From Neocallimastix sp. 'constans' (taxonomy: Eukaryota): a stretch of 64,000 nucleotides of DNA. The DNA is taken from assembly GCA_050613775.1 (NCBI GenBank), contig JBODTK010000116.1, positions 310,001-374,000 on the forward strand, in the 5' to 3' direction. The notes beneath the pieces were generated by a model. The model saw only the letters and a list, made by a program, of their open reading frames with translations. It made no database searches and was not told the origin of the DNA. This document shows positions 53,760 to 64,000 of this stretch, in pieces (position 1 is the stretch's first letter; each line of letters begins with the position of its first letter). A program made the position numbers and the translations under genes.

Positions 53760-55298
53760 ATGAGTACAATTAGAGAAAAGAGAGAAAAGGTATCCTCCCT
53801 TATAAAATCAAATAATCTTGATGGTTTGAAAAATTATGTTGAAATCGAGCATATTGATTTAAAATTAATGAATAAAAAAAATTTTGATTCATTAATATGG
53901 GCAATTGAATGCAATGTTTCCCCTCAAATGATAAACTACATCATATGTAATTGTAAATATAAATCGTTGAATTATTATATATATAAACGCTTTAAAGGAA
54001 ATATATCACCACTATCTTGTGCAATCCTTGAAAAGAATTTTGAGGTTGCAAATTTATTACTCAATAAAAAAGCGGATATTAATTTTAAAATCGAAAATGA
54101 TGATCTTTTCTTTTTCTTATTTAGTAAGAACCAACTTGATATTGAAAATTTAAAATTTTTATTGAATCATAATATCAATGTACCTTCATCACACTTCATA
54201 AATATGCTAATTGAAGCTGGAAATAATTCAATAACAGAAGTTATTCTTAAACATTATAATTTCGATATTGTCTCTATTTTAAATCTTTTAAATTTTTATA
54301 AATATAAAGTTCCTTTGACAATTCCACAATTAAGAAAAGCCATTGAAAGAATTGAGTTTAACGAATCAATGTATGAATCAGCGGTCTCCAAAGATAATTA
54401 TGAAGCTTTAGAATTATTATTCAAGTTTGATTTACGAGATGAACATAAACGCTCCAAAAATTTATTTAAAATTCTAAACAATGAAAATAATATGTATAAA
54501 AAAGATAGTATTGTTGATGCCATTAAAAATAAAAGGATTAAATTATCTTTAGATAAACATTTTATTGATAATTTGTCTACTATTGAACAAAAGAGAAATG
54601 TAATTATGGATATGATAAAAGAAGATAAAGTCATGGAATTAAATAGTTTTATTAAAGAAAATAAATTTTCACTATCCTATTTTAATAATAAAACTATGGA
54701 TATATTAATGTTTGCTCTAAATCATAAGGCTTCCTATGAAATGATAAAATTAATTATTCGTTATAATCCATATGAAAATTTAAACTATACCGTGGGGTTC
54801 AGTGATACTCCATTATTATCTGCTATTTCAAATAATAGATTTGATGTAGCTGATTTGTTAATACAACATGGTTCAAATATTAATTATGTGGTTTCATTTG
54901 AAAGAATTATTTATTATCTCTATTTCCGTAAGCTTAATCCTCAACTGTTGAAATATCTTCTGAAACGTGGAGCTGAATTATCGTATAATACATTTGATTT
55001 GATGCAAAAATTAATTGAATCCTCACAAAATGATTTAATAGAGACGATATTCAAATTCCTTATCTACGATAATAATTTTATTCTTTCCTTTTTAAATATA
55101 TATCATCATAGAATAGCTCTTTCATATCAACAATTAAAGAAAGTCATCTGGAAAGAAAAAAGTAAATTTAAAATTAAAAATAATTGGTACGCTACAGCCA
55201 TTAATAAAAAAAATTATGAAGCTCTTAAAATATTAACATGTTATGATTCTAGGAAAAATTTTAATGCTCTTAAAATATTATCTGAATACCAAAGTTAA
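53760..55298 (+). CDS. Ankyrin-repeat protein, 512 aa
   Basis: SPLSCAILEKNFEVANLLLNKKADINF and TPLLSAISNNRFDVADLLIQHGSNINY; two copies of the same large module as 41124..44408; intronless. Confidence 0.9.
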   Translation: MSTIREKREKVSSLIKSNNLDGLKNYVEIEHIDLKLMNKKNFDSLIWAIECNVSPQMINYIICNCKYKSLNYYIYKRFKGNISPLSCAILEKNFEVANLLLNKKADINFKIENDDLFFFLFSKNQLDIENLKFLLNHNINVPSSHFINMLIEAGNNSITEVILKHYNFDIVSILNLLNFYKYKVPLTIPQLRKAIERIEFNESMYESAVSKDNYEALELLFKFDLRDEHKRSKNLFKILNNENNMYKKDSIVDAIKNKRIKLSLDKHFIDNLSTIEQKRNVIMDMIKEDKVMELNSFIKENKFSLSYFNNKTMDILMFALNHKASYEMIKLIIRYNPYENLNYTVGFSDTPLLSAISNNRFDVADLLIQHGSNINYVVSFERIIYYLYFRKLNPQLLKYLLKRGAELSYNTFDLMQKLIESSQNDLIETIFKFLIYDNNFILSFLNIYHHRIALSYQQLKKVIWKEKSKFKIKNNWYATAINKKNYEALKILTCYDSRKNFNALKILSEYQS

Positions 55299-55416
55299 TT
55301 GAAAAGACTTTGATAAAAAATAAATAAATAAATGTAAATAAATAAATAAATATATAAATAAATAAAATGCTAGTAATAAAAAAACATTTTATTAATTATA
55401 AAAGATTAGATTATAA

Positions 55417-55463
<47 letters not shown>

Positions 55464-55742
55464 ATTAAATTTTTTAATGTTTTAATTTTTATTTAATATT
55501 TATTGTGTTAATTTCAAAAATTAATTTTCCATAATTTTTCTAGTTATATTATATTTTAATATTTTTTTTTTTTTTTTTAAAATTAATAAAAACAACAGTG
55601 GAAGTGTATAGTGTCTTCTTCATCTAAAAAAAAAAGTCTTCTAATTGATAATAGATTATTTATTATTTTTGATTTAATGTTTTTAATAGTATTCATAGAA
55701 AATAATATTATATATAATATTATTATTCATATCTATTTATTC

Positions 55743-55773
<31 letters not shown>

Positions 55774-56680
55774 AATATGTACATATATATTTAATAAAAG
55801 AAATAATGACATAAAAATGACAAAATATAAATTAAATTACTATTATGATTATCACAAATTCGTCTGGTTCTTGAAATTTAATAATAATATTTATTATTTA
55901 TTATTTAGATTTTTTAATATCTGCGTTATTATTTAATATTTATTATATAATTTGTTAATAATTTTTATTATAATCTATTATATATTATTTATTATATTTA
56001 TTATTTATTTATATTTTTTATTATCTGTATTATTATTAATATTTATTTTAATTTATTAATTTAAATAATTTGTTTAAAAAAAATAATTAAATATATCATA
56101 ATTATTAATTAAATTTATTTTAGAATTAATATGATTTTTAATTGTAAAATAATTATTATCAATATATAAAAAAATTTTTTTTTTCTTTTTTAATAATTTT
56201 AAATTAAAATTTTTTCATTAATAAATATATTAATGTATTTAAGCAATGTTAAAGATAAAGATAAAAAAAAAAAAATTTATTATTATTATAAAAGAATTAA
56301 ATTTTAATATATAAAAAAATATATATATAAAAAATCTAATTTTTTATTATTATTATTATTAATATTTTTTATATTATAAATGAAATTCTATACGTGTTAA
56401 TAGAAATATTTTATATAATAATTTTTAATTAAATCATCATCATAATATAAAGTTATATAAACTTTAATGCATATTCAATCTAATTTAATATAAATTATAT
56501 ATATATATAAAAAGAGGATTTTAATTAAATTACAAATCATAAAATAAATACTTTTTTTATTACTTAAATCATAGCCATTAACTATTACATAATTTATAAG
56601 ACAAAAAATTTCTATAATAATATTTATAATTTTTACTTTTTTTTTTTTCCCTATTTTACTTTTTTTTTTTTTTTTACTAC

Positions 56681-56720
<40 letters not shown>

Positions 56721-57724
56721 TTACTTTTTTATAATCAATAAAAAAAAAGTTAAAGTTTTATATTGGCGTTACAATTAATAATTATATGGTAATAATGTAA
56801 TTAAAAATATTATAGATTACATGTATAGGATTATTTTATTTTATTAAAAAAATAGATTTTATATTTTTATATAATAAAATTAAATTTTTTTTCTTAATTT
56901 TTTTTCATAATATTCAAATAATATAAAAATTATATTTTAATCTTTTTTTTTTTCTTTATATTTAAAAATAACAATAACAATAATAATAATAATAATAAAA
57001 TGAAAAAAAAAAATAAAAATAAAAATAAATAAAGGAAAAAATTATTAATAACATAATTGTATATTTTTTGTCATAGGAATTAAAAAATTGTTACACCATA
57101 ATAGAATGATTTATGACTATTTATTTAATTTAAATCCTCTTTTTTGATATACATAAAGATATATATATTAAATAAGATTAAATATGAATTAATGTTTTTA
57201 ATGTTTTTATTATTATTATTATTATTATTATTTTTTTTTTTTTTTTTTTTTTGATATTAATAATAATAATAAAAAAAACAAAAAACAAAAAACAAAAAAA
57301 CAAAAAACAAAATAATATTATCTCCTTTTTTATTAATAAATTTTAAATAATTTTTCCTTTTTTGGGTGATGTCATTTTCCATTATTTCTAATTGCCGTAA
57401 AAAAAAAGTTTAAATTTATTTGTTTTTTGATATTACATGAAATCAATAAAAAAAATATAGAAATTAAAATATAGAAAATATTTATATATTCAGAGACATT
57501 TTAATCTAAAATTATATATTTTTTGTTTTAATTTCAAATTTTAATATTTATTTATTTATAATTTATTTATAATTATTATTTTGAATATAGATTTTTTTGT
57601 ATATATTTTATTAATAATATTTTACATATATATATTTTTTAATTAATTTAGAATTCCTAAATTAATTTAGGATAAACCATTAAATTTAATTTGTTATATC
57701 ATAATACTTAATTTTTAATTATTT

Positions 57725-57772
<48 letters not shown>

Positions 57773-59218
57773 AATAAAGATTTTCAGGATGACTTAACTA
57801 TTATTATTTTTTTTGAATGATATAATTCGGTTCTTAAAATTTATATATAGGGAGATATTTTATTAATTATTGGTTATTTTATTAATGCTTTATTTTATTT
57901 TAATATTAAAGTAAAAATAAATGTATTGGTAAAATAATATATAAAAGCTCAAAGAAAAATTATACACTTAAGTTTATATATTTAGTAAAATTATAAACTG
58001 TTTTATAAATTATTCTTATGATATCAATTAAATATATAAAATATTCAATATAAAAAGTATAAGAAAAAAAATAAAAAAATAATATTATAAAATATCATTA
58101 TTTAAAATATAATAATATTCATTGGAAATTTTGAAATATTAAAGTATATCTGAAGAGAAAATAAAATATAAATTATATAAAATAAATTTACATTAAAATC
58201 ATTAACAATAATTTTATGACAAAACATATATATATATACATATATTTTTTTTTTATGAAGTTATATTTATTATGTTATTTTAAAAAAATATAATTTATAT
58301 CTATGCAATATTTAATAAATTTATTTAAATTTATTTTATTAAGAATTAAGGTTTATATAAGTATTTCATATTTCATATCATAGAAATATTAAATATTCAT
58401 GAAAAAAAAAATTTTTTTTAATATATATGGAATTTTTTTAATAATATAAAATATATATAAAATTTTAATTATTATTATTTTAAATTTATTATTATCTATA
58501 TTATTTTTAATTTACTTTACTTTAAATTTATTATTATTTTAAATTTTTTATTATTTTTAATTTATTATTATTTTAAATTTATTATTATTTAAAATTTTTA
58601 ATAACTTTTAATTTATATTAACTTTTAATTTATATTAACTTTTAATTTTTTTTTATTGTAATATATATATTTATATTTTTCAAATATATTTGAAAGTTCT
58701 ATGAAATGTTTTAAATTTTAATATTTCTATACTATTATATCAACTTTTAATTAACATTTTAATGGCAACTTTTATTTATCATTTTTTTTTATTTCATTCG
58801 TTATTTTTTGTGTATTTAAAGTTTTGTTCATTTTTTTTTAAATGTATACTAATGATAGTCATTATTACAATTTACGATAATCAATTTTAATTTAAGAAAA
58901 GTAGTTCAAAGCTTATTATTATTATTTTCAACATTTTTAAATAAATATTCCTTAATTAAATATAAAAAAAAAATTAATATAAAACAGGAATCATTTTCTC
59001 ATATTTTCATCTTTTTGTCCATATAATTTTTATAAAAAAAAAAAAAAAAAAAAAAATATTACTCTGGTTTAGTAATATTTTTTAAATGCTAACTAAATAT
59101 TATAAAAAAGATTTTTTTTGAATATTTATTTAATAAAATATATATATATAGATAATATATAGATAAATTATATAGGATTTAAAAAAAATATTTTATTAAA
59201 GCATATTGACAAAAATAA

Positions 59219-59266
<48 letters not shown>

Positions 59267-59343
59267 TTTAATACTTTTAAATAAAACGTAAATATTTTTT
59301 CATATGTATATACCATTTTTGTTAAAAATATTATTAAATAAAC

Positions 59344-60429
59344 ATGATTATTAAGAATATAAACTTTGTTTCAAACCTTGAAAAATCTAATAATAATAAT
59401 AATAATAATGACAAGTTAATTAACAAAAAATTCAATAGAAGACAGTGGAATCAACAAGGATGGCAACCACAACAAGATGGCAAACCACATGAAGGATGGA
59501 AAGCACCAACAAATTCGGAAAATCCATGGTATGATGGTAGCAATTATAATGATAATAGTAACAATAACAATAACAATAATCAAAATAATAATAACAACAG
59601 TAACAACAATAACAGCATAAATAACAATAACAACAAAAACAACAACAACAACAATAGCAATAATAATAATAACAATAATAACAATAATAAAAATAATAAT
59701 ATCAATAATAGCAATAATAACAATAATAACAATAAAAATAATAATAACAATAATAACAATAATCAAGTTAAAGAAAAAAATGCCAATTCAAATAAGGTTG
59801 CTAGTAAGACAGTTGTTACATCTGATAATACCAAAGTAGCAACTCCTAGCAATAATAAAACTAAAAATCCTAATGTTAATCCGGTTAACAATACTGTTAT
59901 TAATGGTGCGGAAGCTCCATTTGAAAATGTTGGAATTTTTAACAATAGTAACATTGATAGTAACAGTAGTGACTCTACTTACTATTCTTATGGTAATTTG
60001 AATCATAATGACTTTTCTAAAGTCTCCATTGATGGAAATTCAAACCAAGATAATAGAACTAGTTCTACTATTACTACAGTGAGCATAGTAATTGCTATTA
60101 TAGCATTAGTTATTTCAGGAGGATTTATATTTATTTATAAAAAAAGATCTAATAATGAAAATAATGATATTGAAGAAAATAATAATAGTAATAATAGCGG
60201 TAATAATGAGAATAATTTCCCAATTAATGATAAAAATTATACTTTTAATACCAATACATATAACTTTAATGAAGGTTACAATACATTACAATATGAACAA
60301 GATCATGGAGTTATTAATGCTTTCCATGATCTGATTATGTATGATGAATGTAGATCCAGTGTTTCTTTTATGACAGATGATGATGAAAGGCAATTAATTC
60401 GAAAAATGAGTTCGAAATATAAAAAATAA
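59344..60429 (+). CDS. Asn-rich single-pass membrane protein
   Basis: 361-aa ORF with hydrophobic VSIVIAIIALVISGGFIFIY followed by KKR. No clear signal peptide, so the 5' end may be incomplete. Confidence 0.75.
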   Translation: MIIKNINFVSNLEKSNNNNNNNDKLINKKFNRRQWNQQGWQPQQDGKPHEGWKAPTNSENPWYDGSNYNDNSNNNNNNNQNNNNNSNNNNSINNNNNKNNNNNNSNNNNNNNNNNKNNNINNSNNNNNNNKNNNNNNNNNQVKEKNANSNKVASKTVVTSDNTKVATPSNNKTKNPNVNPVNNTVINGAEAPFENVGIFNNSNIDSNSSDSTYYSYGNLNHNDFSKVSIDGNSNQDNRTSSTITTVSIVIAIIALVISGGFIFIYKKRSNNENNDIEENNNSNNSGNNENNFPINDKNYTFNTNTYNFNEGYNTLQYEQDHGVINAFHDLIMYDECRSSVSFMTDDDERQLIRKMSSKYKK

Positions 60430-60931
60430 TAATTAGAAAAAAAAAATAATTGAAATAAAAATATATATATATAAAAAATATTATTACTATTAATAAATGC
60501 TCTTAATAATAGTAATAATGTTATTAATTGAAAAAAAAAATAAAGTATAATAAAAATTAAAACTTTATTTATTTATGAAAAAAAAAAAAAAAAAAAAAAA
60601 AAAAACAATAAATATATAGAAAAAAAATTATTTCCTAATGTTATATATTACGTATAATCCTAAGATTTTAAATTTAATAATATATTGTACATAAGAAAAT
60701 TCAATTTATTAATAATTTTCGTTTTAATGATAAAGTAAAATTATTAAAATGAATCATGAAAAGAATACTTCCTATTTTAGAGTATATACATTTGAAATTT
60801 TTTTTTTTTTTTTTTACTATTAAAATAAAAAATATAAATCAAAGATATAAAAAAAAATTAAAAAAATTAAAAAAAATTAGAATCCATATTAATATAATTA
60901 AATTAGAAATAGTAAAAATGATAGTATCAAA

Positions 60932-60964
<33 letters not shown>

Positions 60965-61371
60965 AATATTAGAATCTTATTTAATTTTTATTAACAATTT
61001 TTTTTTTTTATAAAAATTAAATTTTTACATTTATTTTTATATTTATATTTAAAGAAAAAAAAAAAAAAATTATATCAAATATAATATTTTTATTGATGGA
61101 AAATCATTAAGTTATTGATTTTAATTTTTTTTTTTTTTTTTTTTTTAAGAAATTACCTTTTAATTAATTAAAAATAATTGAAACAATTGAATATAGTATA
61201 AAAAGTAAAAATTGAAAGAATAATCTTTAAGATGATGATTTATTATATATAACCTTTTGATATTTTTTATTTTTAATTTGTTTTAAAAAATATAAATAAT
61301 AATAATAAGAAATTTAGAATAAAAGAAGAATTCTAATTCTTAATATTTCAATATGATTTTATATTTTTTAT

Positions 61372-61412
<41 letters not shown>

Positions 61413-61604
61413 TGAAAAAAAAAAAAAAACATTTTTAAAAAAGTAAACATTAAAATACAATAAAAATTTACTAAAAATAATAATAATAATTAATAATTAA
61501 TAACAGGATAAATAAATAAATATATAAATCTTTTTATTCTTAAAAAATAATATTTATTTATAAGAAAAAAATATTTAATATAATTATTAATAAATAATGG
61601 CGTA

Positions 61605-61643
<39 letters not shown>

Positions 61644-62047
61644 CGTTCTTTTATATATATTTTATATTCCATTATTTATTTGTTATCTTCATTTCTGTTA
61701 AAACATTATATATTTTAGTATAATTTTCGTAAAAACTTCCCATAATTTAAAACATATTTAATAATATTATATTTTTAAAATTGCTTAAAAAATTACATAT
61801 AAAAATAGCACCACTAAAATATTTGAACCTACTTTCTTGAGCAAGGATGATTTCAAAAAAAAAAAAATTTTTATTTCTAAAACTTCCTAATATATATGTT
61901 TTAGGAGTTCTATTTACATTTTCTATACATTTCCTATAAAAATTTTTAAAATAATCATAAACAAAATTTAAATTATATATAATTTAAAATTTTTTGTTTA
62001 TTATTATTTTAAAAATTTATATATATATAGTTTTTTTTTTTAAAAAA

Positions 62048-62231
<184 letters not shown>

Positions 62232-62292
62232 TTACTTTCAAAACTTCAAACTTTGTATATATTCAATATATTGTATTATCTATTTGCATAAG

Positions 62293-62400
62293 TAATACAG
62301 ATTCGGCTGATAACACTAATACAGAAATTATTGTCAGCAATAATGGAACGCGGTGTTATCATCGATGAATGGAAAAAGTTAGAAACTATTGCTACTAACA
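62293..62400 (+). mobile_element. Fragment of the LINE ORF extreme C-terminus
   Basis: ATACAGATTCG...GGTGTTATCATCGATGAATGGAAAAAGTTAGAAACTATT resembles the minus strand of ~27265-27335 (GVIIDEWKKLETI vs GVIFDE*EELEAI). Confidence 0.65.
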
Positions 62401-63270
62401 CACTTTTTAAATATATATAATAGGGGATCATACATTTCACAATCATGCATTTCGCAATGTAGCATATAAATATTTTAAAACAAAACCATACATTTTTAAT
62501 TTATTTATACAATCATAAATAAATAATTATTATTTTAAAAGAAATAATAATATATTCTATTAAAAAAAGAATTATAAAAAATTATTTTTTTTATAAAAAA
62601 TTATTTAATTGAATATTAATAAAGGGAGAGGTCCAAAACGCCAAATTTTTCACGTGATATATCAAATTTTGAGGCTTTTTAAATTAATAGTTATATGATA
62701 CTATTTTGTTGTATTATTAATTTGTAATTTTTTTCTTAAAATTTATTAAGTGAATAATTAAATAAATTATAATGGTTAGATAAAAATAAATATTTTTTTA
62801 CAAAAAAAAAAAAATAAAATAAAATATTCAAACAATTAAAAGGTTTAATATTCAAACAATTAAAAGGTTTATTTTAAAAAAAAATATTAATAAAATACTT
62901 TAACAATTATATAGATTTATTTATTTAAAAAAAATATTAATAAAATATTTAAACAATTATTAATAAAATTAATTATAAACATTAATAATAAAATATAAAA
63001 ATATAAAAATATATTATTGATATTAATAATAAAGTATAAAAATATAGGATTATTTATTTTAAAAAAAATATTAATAAAATATTTAAACAATTATTAATAA
63101 AATTAATTATAATAATAAAATTATAGAATATTTATTTAAACTACATAAATTTTATCAAGTATATAAACATTTTAACTTTTTAATAATTATAAATTTTTTA
63201 ATTAATAAATTTAATTATAAGTTTTTGTATGAAAGAATTTTAATGATTTTTTCTTTTGGAAATTCCTCTG

Positions 63271-63775
63271 TCATAAAATTACTAAATCAGAATTTTTGAA
63301 TATCATAAAATCTTCATTTCGTTCAGTTTTATAATATTCAGATTCATTAGGAATTTCATTAAAAGTTGTTACATTGGATGGTAGTTTTTTATTAATACTT
63401 CTTAATATTAGAGTTTTAACTGAAATATATTCTGGACACGGATATATAAATCCCATTTCTTTAGAAATTTCATTATATAGTCTTTTTTCGTTTTATATCA
63501 AAAGGATTTGAATGTTTTTTAATTTCATCTTTAATTTTATGTTTCATTACAGATAGGGATACACTGTATTCGTTTCCAGGATGATTATGTAAACTCTCAT
63601 ATTTTAAGATTTCTTTCTCATTATTTAAAATAATAAAAGATTTACATTTATTATTTTTTTTATATTCGGTACATTTATAAACTCTTGAATTATCTTTCCT
63701 TGAATGTGAAAAATTAAATTTATATTGTTTATTAATAATGATTTGTTCTTCTCCTTTATTAGACTCACTGTAAAG
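63271..63775 (-). mobile_element. MULE-like transposase N-terminal relic (FLYWCH/WRKY-type zinc finger)
   Basis: Minus strand SESNKGEEQIIINKQYKFNFSHSRKDNSRVYKCTEYKKNNKCKSFII...YESLHNHP (C..C..HxH), then LPSNVTTFNEIPNESEYYKTERNEDFMIFKN. Breaks before the DDE core. Confidence 0.75.
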
Positions 63776-64000
63776 ATATGATCAATATCTTTAGTACATT
63801 AATTAATTTATTTTGTACATTAAATTATTTAATGTAATTCACGTTTACAAAATAATGCTAATGCATTAAATTATGTAAAATATATTAATTTATGAAATTA
63901 ATTGATTTATGAAAATTAATAATAAATTTATATTTCATATAATATATAAATTTAAAAATATAAAATTAATTTTTAAATAACCTAAAATTTAGTAATAAAA

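Overview
Extremely AT-rich, intron-containing eukaryotic DNA. The composition and gene/transposon families are most consistent with an anaerobic gut fungus (Neocallimastigomycota); this is an inference. Host genes: a 5-exon gene with a 5-nt microexon and a helix-turn-helix-like N-terminus (2778-4333, -); a highly fragmented TmcB/TmcC-like membrane-protein gene with microexons and a GC-AG intron (9381-17547, -); two single-pass membrane proteins; a 1554-aa intronless low-complexity protein; and two intronless ankyrin-module proteins. Mobile DNA: a same-strand cluster of APE-RT LINE relics (18.7-27.5 kb), four short insertions with exact target-site duplications (TSDs), including a tRNA-headed SINE, two Ty1/Copia relics (one tandemly duplicated), and a MULE-like transposase fragment with TIR-like sequences. 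The main observation is a ~30-nt motif that recurs seven times, in diverged LINE 3' ends and two SINE-like elements. It keeps a two-stem hairpin through compensatory base changes and lies inside the LINE ORF C-terminus, making it a candidate RNA recognition element for a LINE/SINE partnership.
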